DNA of 64,000 nucleotides from a virus: the IMG/VR virus record IMGVR_UViG_3300033145_001595, positions 1-64,000 of that record; one strand, written 5' to 3'. Position numbers and translations under genes: made by a program. The notes below the pieces were generated by a model that was given only the letters and a program-made list of their open reading frames with translations, was not told where the DNA came from and ran no database searches. Positions 54,508 to 64,000 of this stretch are shown in pieces; position 1 is the stretch's first letter, and each line of letters starts with the position of its first letter.

Positions 54508-55398
54508 TTACCACTTTTCCAATCCAAGAGAAAGTTGAATTTTTGTATTTACCCTTGCTGCTACTTCTTCTGGAAGTCTAGCAACATCATATAAAGATTT
54601 ACCAAACCGTTCAAACATAGGTCGCAAATGATAAATTGCCCAATCCTTAAGCATAGAACTTGTCATTACTGGCACTAGATAATTATTCCCAAAATCCTTA
54701 TTCTTTGCAGAATATAATCTTTGTATTCGTAAATTAGGAGCATTACTACCAATTTTATGTAAATGTCTTACATCATCATGTCGTCTGTATATGTAACTAT
54801 ACATTTCTTTTGTTACACTACCGGATGGTGCTAATAACGTTCCTTTTTCCTTGAAAGCATGAGCAACCATTCTTGGTACACGTCGTTCTAAATTTGAATC
54901 ATATTCTATTTGAGTACCATTAATATAAATCATTTGCCCATCAAATCTCTGTCTGTAAAGAGACTCAGCCTTTTCCTCTCCAGGCTTACCACCACAGAAC
55001 CATGCTACTCGTGGCTTAACACATTCACTACCCTCAGTATTAGCATAATGTTCTAAGTAAGGAATCCAAGTACTAAAATGCCAAGGAAGAAATAAATCAT
55101 CATCATCCCAATGCGCCAATAAATCAGTATCAGAAATATCTACTAATTCCTGTCTTTTAGCTCCCAATGTTTTACAACGTTCACCGCGATTGAAAATATT
55201 TATTCTTGACCCATCTGACAATTGTATCGTATTCTCATTACCATAAGAAAGTTTAATTGGAACTTCAGCATCATTAATAATATTCATTTCTTTATGGCCT
55301 TCATACTCTTGCAGTATGAAGCAAGCAGCAGAATCCCGTAGCCGGTGAAACCTACCATACGTCGGGCACATAGCTGTTACTGAATGTAACTTGCTCAT
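54508..55398 (-). CDS. GT2-family glycosyltransferase (paralog of 53560-54498)
   Basis: CPTYGR, LGAKR, HWDDDDLFLPWH; shares DGQMI and KN.DFGN. Confidence 0.8.
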   Translation of the reverse strand: MSKLHSVTAMCPTYGRFHRLRDSAACFILQEYEGHKEMNIINDAEVPIKLSYGNENTIQLSDGSRINIFNRGERCKTLGAKRQELVDISDTDLLAHWDDDDLFLPWHFSTWIPYLEHYANTEGSECVKPRVAWFCGGKPGEEKAESLYRQRFDGQMIYINGTQIEYDSNLERRVPRMVAHAFKEKGTLLAPSGSVTKEMYSYIYRRHDDVRHLHKIGSNAPNLRIQRLYSAKNKDFGNNYLVPVMTSSMLKDWAIYHLRPMFERFGKSLYDVARLPEEVAARVNTKIQLSLGLEKW

Positions 55399-56033
55399 GC
55401 TGTAAATCCCTTTCTTCTACGGGTAATAATTTTTTTTGCAACAAGAACATCATATTCCTTATGCTGTACAAAATGAAAAATCTGTGTTGCCCAACCATTT
55501 TTTGATAAAAAGTAATCTATAATTGTTTGTATGTTATACTGATTCCATAATATACATTTCTTATTCGGGTGGGAAACGCCTACACGCTCACCCTCCTCAT
55601 AGTTAATACCATTGAAAAAAGAAGCTATAATGATTTTAGGATTTATTGCTATTGCCCAATCAAAAAATTCATCAATACTATTCAAATGCTCAACTACAGC
55701 AAAAGCACAAACTAAATCTATATTACGATTACCTGACATACGGAAAGAACTAATATTTCTAAAATCATTATGAATGAATCTACTATTACAATGAGGCCAA
55801 AGTTGATCGCATGTACTTTCTGATTTACAAACATCTATGTTTGTATAAGTTCCACCAGTAGGTAACATTTTAGGAATAGGACTATAATTACCACCTACTT
55901 CAATTACACGAGAAACATTATTATTACTAATAACTTCTTTTACAAACTTCCAAGCATCCTTATGCCTTCTAATCATACGAACATATTTTTTACTATCACG
56001 GCTCTGCCAATAATCAATTTCTGCTTTTTCCAT
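55395..56033 (-). CDS. class I SAM-dependent methyltransferase
   Basis: VIEVGG, YTNIDV, AVVEHL. Confidence 0.65.
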   Translation of the reverse strand: MEKAEIDYWQSRDSKKYVRMIRRHKDAWKFVKEVISNNNVSRVIEVGGNYSPIPKMLPTGGTYTNIDVCKSESTCDQLWPHCNSRFIHNDFRNISSFRMSGNRNIDLVCAFAVVEHLNSIDEFFDWAIAINPKIIIASFFNGINYEEGERVGVSHPNKKCILWNQYNIQTIIDYFLSKNGWATQIFHFVQHKEYDVLVAKKIITRRRKGFTA

Positions 56034-56045
56034 GTTGCCCCTTTT

Positions 56046-57419
56046 CTACTTTTCAGCAATAACGGCAAAATCTTTTCCAAGCATGTAACTTTTAACTACA
56101 TTAAAATTTGCTTTTTCAAAAAGATTCAAAACATCAGAACAGCATTGCATTGTATGGCAATGATCCCCCTTAAAGCTAATGCCACCCTTAAACTCAATAG
56201 GCACAACAATCATAGCGTACCCACCAGATTTCAAGACTCGTTTTACCTCTGAGAGCACTTGAACGGGATCATGACAATGCTCAAGATTATGAAATTCAGT
56301 AACAGCCCGAAATGTATTATCTTCATACCTACTAAGATCATGTGCATCACCCTGTTCAACTGGACGCCCATTATCATAAGCCCACTTAGCAGACCAAGGA
56401 GACAACTCAATACCATGAATAGTATTATATTCAAATCCACATTCCATTAAATAATTTAATACATATCCATCCCTAGAACCTATGTCCAATAAAGGAAGAT
56501 CTTCCCTTTCCAAATAACCTTCCTCGTCCAAAAACTCTAAGAAACTATTAACATCACGCCTTTGTCTCTTCTTATCAGGATACCAGTCCCTACCCGGCGA
56601 ACGCTTTGCTTGGTATGCTACATAAGCAGCTTGTCCACTTGGCTTTGCTAAACCTAAATCAGTATCCAAAGTTAATGCTACTTCGGGCTCTTTCCAAATA
56701 GCCTTTCGGAAAAAAATTTCTTCTTGAACTACTCTATGTTCTTTCATCCAACTTTTTTCCGAATCCACCTTAACCTGCATTTTTATTAGTTTCAAATTTT
56801 CTTCTTGATTACTGGAAAGGCAAAGAAATAATTCTTTTTCTTTCACTTCCCCATCAATTCCAATAACTGTACGCATAAATTCTTCTTTGAACAAGGCTTC
56901 AAAAGTCATATCTTCAAAATAAGCTGTATGAATAAAATAATCATTATGTATTGATCTATAATAAATTGTAGAACGTGCTTCATTAATAAATATGTCAGAA
57001 ACACTATACACTTTAACACCACTAAAATAAGCTTTAAGTCCAATTGCTATACAATCACCATCATACTCAGATTCAGGTAATTGACATGGAGCAAGTTTTT
57101 CAACAACATTTTTATTCATAAAAATCAATGGTCCAAACGGTGCTTGTACTCGTAAAAACCTGTAAGGCTTACCTTTCCGAGTAGGAAGTGGTTCTTCGGT
57201 AAATTCAGTATGAATTAATGTACTTAAACTCCAATTAGCATTATTTACTATAGTCTTTGATTCATCATTTGCTAAACGTATAATAGTAGGTACTAAAACA
57301 TGATCCTGTTCTTTAGCAACAACTATCATGGCACTAATAGTATCTAAATCATAAGTACCATTATCAAGATTTTTAACATCACCAGCAATAGCACCCCAAT
57401 CATAAAATCTAATACCCAT
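56046..57419 (-). CDS. degenerate GT-like N-domain plus class I methyltransferase
   Basis: C-terminal LDIGSRDG, GIELS, GDAH, LEHCHDP, VLKSGG; N-terminal IAIGLKAYFSG echoes the GT paralogs. Confidence 0.75.
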   Translation of the reverse strand: MGIRFYDWGAIAGDVKNLDNGTYDLDTISAMIVVAKEQDHVLVPTIIRLANDESKTIVNNANWSLSTLIHTEFTEEPLPTRKGKPYRFLRVQAPFGPLIFMNKNVVEKLAPCQLPESEYDGDCIAIGLKAYFSGVKVYSVSDIFINEARSTIYYRSIHNDYFIHTAYFEDMTFEALFKEEFMRTVIGIDGEVKEKELFLCLSSNQEENLKLIKMQVKVDSEKSWMKEHRVVQEEIFFRKAIWKEPEVALTLDTDLGLAKPSGQAAYVAYQAKRSPGRDWYPDKKRQRRDVNSFLEFLDEEGYLEREDLPLLDIGSRDGYVLNYLMECGFEYNTIHGIELSPWSAKWAYDNGRPVEQGDAHDLSRYEDNTFRAVTEFHNLEHCHDPVQVLSEVKRVLKSGGYAMIVVPIEFKGGISFKGDHCHTMQCCSDVLNLFEKANFNVVKSYMLGKDFAVIAEK

Positions 57420-57421
57420 TT

Positions 57422-60400
57422 TTATTTACCTTTCGAATCATAATTAATACTCAAAAATTCCATAAAATCCTCTGCATGTGTTCCCCCACCTGCTTTTCCA
57501 AGCATAGCAAAGAAATCTCCATCTGTCTTTCCATAGGCCTCTTTAAGTTTTGTCCAAATAGCACGCGCTTTCTGAACCTCTTCAGACTTCAAAAAAGTAT
57601 CTATCCTATCATCATAACCATGCTCAAGAAGATATGGCTTAAAATACTCATAAGCTACATCACCAAAGAACAAATAATGAATAAGATGAGCATTCATTAA
57701 TGTACCCACATGAGGAACGTCCATAGTACCCTTTTTGTACATATGCTCAAAAGTAATATCTCTAGACGCATACATAGGTACTCCTATAATCCAAGCAGCT
57801 AAACCTATGTACTGTTCATTGTACGCCCACAGTCCAGGTAAGGTAGGCCAGCCCCCAAGTCGATTTAACACCTTTTTGCTCATAACGTAACCAGCCCCAA
57901 TAATAGCATCACGTCGAATAAAAGGAGTATCCGGCTTAGTGGTGATATGAGAATTAAGAATACCCCATTTGGGTTTAAGAGAGAATCGCGCTCCATACGT
58001 ACGAGCTTCTGACTTCTTAGCATTACCAAGATTACAAACATTTACTACCACAATACCGTCTTTCTCCTGAGCATGTGCTGCCGCCCATTCAATACCATAT
58101 TGTGTAATAACCCTCTGGTGACAATCCATAACACAGATCATTTCACCACGAGCAACAGAAATAGCCTCTGCCCTACTCCTAGAAACACCAATACGCTCAG
58201 TATGCCTAATTATACGAATCCTATCCTGTATATCTGCCCTCCAATGTCCGGCAAGCTTTGGACGAATATTGTCTGCAATATTATCCGGGATGCTTCCATC
58301 GGTAGAGGCATCATCAACAAGAATAATTTCAAACCTAGTTTGTCCACTATTGATAATGGATCGTAATGTTAATTCGACTTCTTTACCCTCATTATAGGCA
58401 GTAAGAATAACAGAAATCGGTAGTACCTTTTTAATAGACTGATTATGCTCTCCACAGGTTTCAGTAGGTACTCGCAGAACATCACGGAAGAATTCAGCAT
58501 CAGAATGAATTCTACCTTTCTGCCAATGGCCCGTCTCGTAAAGTTTACCTGCCTTCATAGCTTCTAAAGTACTGCGGTGTTCGGGACTTATTTGATTTAT
58601 GTAATGAGGTTCCCAAACATTTTCATATGTTTCCCGATCAAACAAAGCAAGATGGGAAGCAAGATGGTTTAGATTCAAGTCACTTGTTGGAGGATAACCC
58701 CAAGGCGGCTCTTTACTACCCTTTGCAGCTTCAGACCTATAAAGATGCCGCACAGTGTACTTGGGGAAACAATAGCATTCAACTCCATGTAACCATGCCC
58801 ACGAATTCAATGCCGATTCTTCATAACCCCATTTGCCATTGATAGACGGCCAACGTGTAAGATCATCAAAAATCTCACGAGGCACAAAATAACAAGCTCC
58901 TAAAACACCCGTTGTTAATTCTGGATCAGTACCTTTAGTTCTATAATAAGAACATCCAATTTTACCATCCCTATGATAATTAAGTTTTGCCCCCCAACCT
59001 TGAGGACCACCAAACATTGCAGCTACTCCGGGACAGGCGATAGCGTGCTTTTCTAAGACGAACCCACCTATCTCATGCCACATTCCCTTTGGATAGCGCA
59101 TATGAGCATCTGAGCTAACTACTACCCGACCACGCGCGGCTGCAAAGCCAATGTTTCTTGCCATGCCAGCACCAACAGATTTTTTCAATGTGATTACTAT
59201 AACATAGGCATTATTAGTATTATACTTGTTCAAACCCTCACATGACCCATCTGTAGACGCATCATCCACTACGATTACCTCCAACGGGCCTGTAGTGGCC
59301 GCTATGGCACTTTCAACAGTCTTAGCAACCTCTTCCCCCTCATTCATAGAAGCATACACCACAGACACCATAAAATCAGATTTCATAGTAGTAAATGACT
59401 CATCTGTATGTGGCGGGGGTGCTACACCGGGGAGCACGCCGAAGGGATGGGTTTTCCTATCCTTAACACGTTCTTCTGCGGTTGGAAGGGGTCCAACTTT
59501 TTCCACTGTATTTGTTTTTACTATTTCCTTTTTTGGAGTTAGTCGCATGTTTACTGGTTGCTCCTGTTCTATACCATTATTAAGTAATCGAGTTACCTCA
59601 GAAAATACTATTCTACTTATTTGACAAAAATCTTCATACGGTGTAATAGTCGTAATTTTTTTACCCGTTGTTGGGTCTGTGCTAATAACAATTCTATTAC
59701 CACACATAAGATCAACAAAACATGGACAATTACATGTTGGGGCACATTCACAATCTTGACATTGAGCATTAGTAGGGAAAGGTGTAATTTTATCATAAAT
59801 AGTAGTAGCTGGATTATTTAGTTCTGCTACATTAACACCATTTTTTAAGTCACCAATTTTATAAAAGTTTCTTCCATCTATAGCTGCTTTATAGCACCCA
59901 AAAATATCACCAGATGCATTTACGGCACACCTACTACTTGCTACACCACAACTACCACAATTATTACCCTTTTTACATATCTCTGCACCCTTATATGTAA
60001 ATGTGTACGATCCATTCAGAAAACTAAGGCGCTTGCCCTTTAATGAACTACTATTAAGAAAAGAATCAGCACACTCACGTATTTGCAAATCTAACGTAGA
60101 ATAAAACTCAGACGGCCATTCTGGCTCAATACATATGAATTCCACTTCTACCAAATCTGTAAAACTAAGTAAATGCAAAGCACTTTTTGCCATATCAACA
60201 ATAGTAGCTTGGGTAACAACCATCTTAATAGTAGGATGCAACCCAAGCAAACGCATATCTTTCAATGCAGAATGTGCAACACCAAACTTTACACCATTCT
60301 TATGCACTGAATTTATTGATTCATCCCCATCTACATGAGCTTCTACAATAATATTATGTTCTTTAAGAAATGCAATCTTTTCCCCATCCATATTCTGCAA

Positions 60401-60790
60401 ATTAGTTTTTACTGTTATCTCTGCATCAAGGTCTAAAACATTACTAATATTACGAGCAGTAGATAAAAGAAAAGAAGTAACTGTAAAATTCAACAAAGGT
60501 TCTTGACCAAGAAAATTTATCTTAATCTTCCTCTTCTCTTTTTTAATAAGAACTATATTATCTTTTTCCTTTTTCTCCTCTTCCTTTTCTTCCACAATCT
60601 TTTCCGCAGCTACAGAAGCTATATGCATATTCAAAAACCACGTAATAGCATTAGCAAAATTAGTTTGAATCTTCTCTGCGGATGCCGGAGCATTGTCTGG
60701 CCCGCTCTTGTTCGTACAGTAATCACACGTCAAGTTACAACCCCATTGAAAAACTAAATCCAGTTCTGTAGGTAAAAACCTATCAACCAT
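57422..60790 (-). CDS. radical SAM/SPASM domain fused to two ppGalNAc-T-like GT-A domains
   Basis: CNLTCDYC; SPASM C...GDIFGC...CQDC...C.C.C; two NEG.E...DDASTDGS...DAH/DCH...WGYEE/WAYNE domains; start at 60790 with GGAG RBS. Confidence 0.88.
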   Translation of the reverse strand: MVDRFLPTELDLVFQWGCNLTCDYCTNKSGPDNAPASAEKIQTNFANAITWFLNMHIASVAAEKIVEEKEEEKKEKDNIVLIKKEKRKIKINFLGQEPLLNFTVTSFLLSTARNISNVLDLDAEITVKTNLQNMDGEKIAFLKEHNIIVEAHVDGDESINSVHKNGVKFGVAHSALKDMRLLGLHPTIKMVVTQATIVDMAKSALHLLSFTDLVEVEFICIEPEWPSEFYSTLDLQIRECADSFLNSSSLKGKRLSFLNGSYTFTYKGAEICKKGNNCGSCGVASSRCAVNASGDIFGCYKAAIDGRNFYKIGDLKNGVNVAELNNPATTIYDKITPFPTNAQCQDCECAPTCNCPCFVDLMCGNRIVISTDPTTGKKITTITPYEDFCQISRIVFSEVTRLLNNGIEQEQPVNMRLTPKKEIVKTNTVEKVGPLPTAEERVKDRKTHPFGVLPGVAPPPHTDESFTTMKSDFMVSVVYASMNEGEEVAKTVESAIAATTGPLEVIVVDDASTDGSCEGLNKYNTNNAYVIVITLKKSVGAGMARNIGFAAARGRVVVSSDAHMRYPKGMWHEIGGFVLEKHAIACPGVAAMFGGPQGWGAKLNYHRDGKIGCSYYRTKGTDPELTTGVLGACYFVPREIFDDLTRWPSINGKWGYEESALNSWAWLHGVECYCFPKYTVRHLYRSEAAKGSKEPPWGYPPTSDLNLNHLASHLALFDRETYENVWEPHYINQISPEHRSTLEAMKAGKLYETGHWQKGRIHSDAEFFRDVLRVPTETCGEHNQSIKKVLPISVILTAYNEGKEVELTLRSIINSGQTRFEIILVDDASTDGSIPDNIADNIRPKLAGHWRADIQDRIRIIRHTERIGVSRSRAEAISVARGEMICVMDCHQRVITQYGIEWAAAHAQEKDGIVVVNVCNLGNAKKSEARTYGARFSLKPKWGILNSHITTKPDTPFIRRDAIIGAGYVMSKKVLNRLGGWPTLPGLWAYNEQYIGLAAWIIGVPMYASRDITFEHMYKKGTMDVPHVGTLMNAHLIHYLFFGDVAYEYFKPYLLEHGYDDRIDTFLKSEEVQKARAIWTKLKEAYGKTDGDFFAMLGKAGGGTHAEDFMEFLSINYDSKGK

Positions 60791-60825
60791 TCTCCATTCT
60801 CCTAAGTTACACAGAAATTGCCCAT

Positions 60826-61200
60826 CTACTCTATTACACACCTAGCTCTAACATAAAAGCGACAAAGAAAATTGCAACTACGGGCAGAAAGCTCATATCC
60901 ATATCTAGCTGGATGTTTACACCGAAATCGCCTAGAACAACACAGTCCTGTTTCCTCAGCATCTTTACACATTCCAGCAGTGGATGCAATGGTATCATGG
61001 ATATTTGGTCTTTTTGATAGGTAGTTGTCATTGTTTATAGGCAGACCGTAAGGACAGTCAAAATCTACATTAACTATGTCAGAAAAAATCTTACACTTTT
61101 CTTCACGCCATAATCTCATTTGACGACAAACATGAACAGCTTTTTTGCCCTTACATATTTGAGCACAAACTTCCTCACGAAATAATCTTATTCTTCTCAT
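60826..61200 (-). CDS. Cys-rich protein (12 Cys in 124 aa)
   Basis: directly upstream of the radical SAM/SPASM fusion. Confidence 0.6.
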   Translation of the reverse strand: MRRIRLFREEVCAQICKGKKAVHVCRQMRLWREEKCKIFSDIVNVDFDCPYGLPINNDNYLSKRPNIHDTIASTAGMCKDAEETGLCCSRRFRCKHPARYGYELSARSCNFLCRFYVRARCVIE

Positions 61201-61203
61201 GGC

Positions 61204-62835
61204 CTATGGTGAATCTCTACCCCCTAAAGCACTCAAACCCGGCATCCCATCAAACCCGTCAAACCCAACAACTATTTCTGTAGATACATCTTCAGCCCCT
61301 ATAGCAACTTTTACCATATTTTGTGACACAGTAGAAGGAACTGTGGCATATGCCCCATAAGGATTTGGAACATCAAAATCTGGTATTGCCAAACTAGTTC
61401 TAGACATAGGAACTAAATACATATTAGCATTACCTTTATTATAACTAGGATAAGATATACTAGAAGCATTTGAATAAATAGTACGCTTAAACATTTCAAG
61501 TAAATGATAATATGTATTAGGATCATCTGTCGGTTCCCACAGCGTAGTAACAATCCAAATATCTATATCATCCGCATCTATACCATCCCATTCTATTTTG
61601 TATAAACCATATGAAAGTGTTTCTGTTAAATGTACTCCCTCATTATTACCATTAGTATAAATACCATAACCAGCTACATAGGCAGCAGTGCTAGAAATAA
61701 AATTAACATATAATTGTTGCTGTGTTTCAAACATACGATAAATCTGATTATTTGGCACATTAAAAGGAAGCCCACATTGTTTAATTGCATTTACATCACA
61801 ATTAAAAAAAGTATTAGTAAACTGAACTTGCCAACTACTACCACCCACATTTTGTACTAAAACAGTGCGTATACCAAGTCCACCCACACCTGGATACCCA
61901 GGACGAGCGGTTAAATGTCCCCACAAATTTATTTTTACTACTGGCTGCCCAGCCTCTATTTGCCAACTATAATCATTAGAACCAACAGCAATAAATCGCC
62001 CATCTTCAGTATATTGAATAAATCTATCTCCCTGAGTATAACTTGAATAATAACCAGGAACTTCTTGCTGCCAAACCCCCGGCCCATCAGCCGTCATATC
62101 AGTTGTCCAAAATGAATATCCAAGTGTATCTGTATTATACAATATTTTTGCAGCCTGACCTGCCCTATTAAAACAAAATCCTCGTTTACCACATTCTAAT
62201 GATACAGGTGTTTTCATATTACCTGCCCCATCTATACCCGTCCAATATAAATCCGTTTCATACGGCCATGCCGGGAGGGTAAACGGATTTGCTTTCCATG
62301 CAATGCCAATTGACTTGCCTGAATCACCAAAATATCTAAGTTGAGTTACTTCAGTAACATAAACATCACTTTCAAAATCACGTGGATATGGACCAAAAAC
62401 TTTTGGCATCCAATTCGCTCCCGTATGATTCCATTCGCACAAAGAAGGAAATTGATAATTTGTATCCCACCATTCACAACCACCTAAATTTGTATAACCA
62501 ATATAACTACTAGCTGTAACATCTGTTTGGTGGTAAAAAGAATATTCAAATGGATATTTTACCCCACCATCTGTTTGAACACTTAACTTTTCAAAATAGC
62601 CTCCAAATGCAGAAATATATCCACTAGGCCATTCCATAAGTAATACTTCTTTTACAGTTCCATCATTCAAAGCTATATCCATTACATCTTCATCAAATTC
62701 TCCACTAGTAAATAATGGATATAAACAAAGCCACCCACTATTTTTTTGTAATTGAAGAACATTACCTGAAATACAAGACGGATAATCACCTGTACCATCC
62801 CACCAAACTCGACCCGTTGCCCAATAATCTGCCAT
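61204..62835 (-). CDS. probable virion/tail protein
   Basis: 543 aa rich in G/S/T/Y/W, beta-rich; co-oriented with a structural-type neighbour. Confidence 0.5.
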   Translation of the reverse strand: MADYWATGRVWWDGTGDYPSCISGNVLQLQKNSGWLCLYPLFTSGEFDEDVMDIALNDGTVKEVLLMEWPSGYISAFGGYFEKLSVQTDGGVKYPFEYSFYHQTDVTASSYIGYTNLGGCEWWDTNYQFPSLCEWNHTGANWMPKVFGPYPRDFESDVYVTEVTQLRYFGDSGKSIGIAWKANPFTLPAWPYETDLYWTGIDGAGNMKTPVSLECGKRGFCFNRAGQAAKILYNTDTLGYSFWTTDMTADGPGVWQQEVPGYYSSYTQGDRFIQYTEDGRFIAVGSNDYSWQIEAGQPVVKINLWGHLTARPGYPGVGGLGIRTVLVQNVGGSSWQVQFTNTFFNCDVNAIKQCGLPFNVPNNQIYRMFETQQQLYVNFISSTAAYVAGYGIYTNGNNEGVHLTETLSYGLYKIEWDGIDADDIDIWIVTTLWEPTDDPNTYYHLLEMFKRTIYSNASSISYPSYNKGNANMYLVPMSRTSLAIPDFDVPNPYGAYATVPSTVSQNMVKVAIGAEDVSTEIVVGFDGFDGMPGLSALGGRDSP

Positions 62836-62857
62836 TATTGTATTTTACCTTTTTATC

Positions 62858-63925
62858 TTACGGAAGTTCCCTTAAACACATTCTGCCAGCCGGTTCTCCA
62901 CCAGCTATTCCAGTAGCATTCACATAAACAGAAAGAAAGTTTCCGGGATCGTCTCTCAAATGGCATGGAATGAATGTGAAAAGTAATGATTCTGGATCAG
63001 TTTTACCTAGTATTCCATAAGAACCGTTTCTTATCATCAGGTCAGGTGCGCGATAAACTTTGAAAGAACTACCCACTACAACACCATCATTGCCACAATA
63101 CTTTACATCATACTGTACTTCATTTGCAGTCATATCCTCTTGTGCTTTTATTAAAGTACCTATTTTACCGCTGCTGTTACATGGGATAAGTACTGGATAC
63201 AAGGAAGCTGGATTTGTTTTTCCAATAAATGCATATTCATCTGTTAATATTATAATTCCAGGGGGTCGATAAACATCAAAAGCAACTCCCACTACAACAC
63301 CAGTAGCATTACAGTATTTTACTTCATAAGCTATACCATCAACTGTCATGTCCTCTTGAGCTTTTACCAAACTACCTATAGTACTACTTGAACCTGCACC
63401 GGGAGCGAATAGAACGGCGTTGTAAGTAACTCCACCATATACTTTCTCACCAAGATTTATTAATGGACCATCATCTTGTGCTTGAACAACAGTACTACCA
63501 TTTGTAGAACCCAATCTATCACCTACAGCAACATCAAGACCTTGAACAAGACAAGCTCCATAGATATACACCCATCCCGCATAACCATCATCAATACGCT
63601 GATCTGTAATTCCTACAAACTCTAAATTATCTGCTGTAGGAGTATCAAAAGTTGGAAATATTTTAGAATTATCTCCTGTTACTATCCCATCAAGTTCTAC
63701 TAACTGTGCTATATCTATAGTTCCACCAGAAGTATTTTGTGCCATAATCCGGGACTGCATAGAAGGCCAACCAAAAATACCATTTGTTGATGCAATTATA
63801 GAATTTGTCCTAATACCATCTACTATTAAGTTCAAATCCTTTGCCATTATAGGATCGCCACTTTCATAGGAAGCTGGTAAGGACGCTGCCTGTGCCATTG
63901 GGCGAACTGATTCTCTATCTGACAT
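62858..63925 (-). CDS. probable virion protein with tandem ~72-aa repeat
   Basis: GDPIMAKDLN, QNTSG; IGxLxKAQEDMT...KYC...GKT.P...IPC occurs twice. Confidence 0.55.
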   Translation of the reverse strand: MSDRESVRPMAQAASLPASYESGDPIMAKDLNLIVDGIRTNSIIASTNGIFGWPSMQSRIMAQNTSGGTIDIAQLVELDGIVTGDNSKIFPTFDTPTADNLEFVGITDQRIDDGYAGWVYIYGACLVQGLDVAVGDRLGSTNGSTVVQAQDDGPLINLGEKVYGGVTYNAVLFAPGAGSSSTIGSLVKAQEDMTVDGIAYEVKYCNATGVVVGVAFDVYRPPGIIILTDEYAFIGKTNPASLYPVLIPCNSSGKIGTLIKAQEDMTANEVQYDVKYCGNDGVVVGSSFKVYRAPDLMIRNGSYGILGKTDPESLLFTFIPCHLRDDPGNFLSVYVNATGIAGGEPAGRMCLRELP

Positions 63926-64000
63926 TATTATATTCCTTATAACGGTAAAGCTGTAAAGTCCTCTTCAGGATATACATCTGCATAAAATGTAATACTTAAC

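Noticed and set aside
1-64000. Stop-codon reassignment or diversity-generating retroelement
   Set aside because: Core genes are full length in the standard code; no reverse transcriptase or TR/VR pair was seen

Overview
A 64-kb segment of a large tailed dsDNA phage. The sigma70-consensus promoters, Shine-Dalgarno sites, RecA and PolA indicate a bacterial host, and the NrdD-type glycyl-radical motif suggests an anaerobe. Layout: (i) 1-15.9 kb, a leftward early/accessory region of small genes divided by 12 copies of a 39-bp promoter repeat. This repeat carries stop codons in all three frames and is often preceded by a stem-loop and followed by a conserved leader and RBS. The region includes a sigma-like factor, a Ycf46-type AAA ATPase, an atypical tRNA-Ser(CGA)-like gene and a full-length SAH hydrolase (ahcY). 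(ii) 16.5-26.3 kb, leftward primase, HNH endonuclease, PP-loop ATPase, a stand-alone NrdD C-terminal domain, three methyltransferases, and SNF2 and DnaB helicases. (iii) 26.7-49.3 kb, rightward replication, recombination and packaging genes: clamp, UDG-PolA, clamp loader, SSB, RNA ligase, RecA, RuvC, radical SAM, split Rad50 with Mre11, TerS, TerL with a class-3 intein, and an AlkP-superfamily enzyme. (iv) 49.5-64 kb, a leftward glycosylation cluster (five intact GT-A domains, a 3-amino-sugar dehydrogenase/aminotransferase pair, three methyltransferases, and a radical SAM/SPASM-GT-GT fusion with a Cys-rich neighbour) directly downstream of probable virion genes. The strongest candidates for novel biology are the promoter/stop gene-cassette array, the virion-linked glycosylation and radical SAM cluster with phage ahcY, a repeated ~300-bp non-coding element, and the insertion-bearing tRNA. 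All calls come from reading motifs by eye; no database searches were run.
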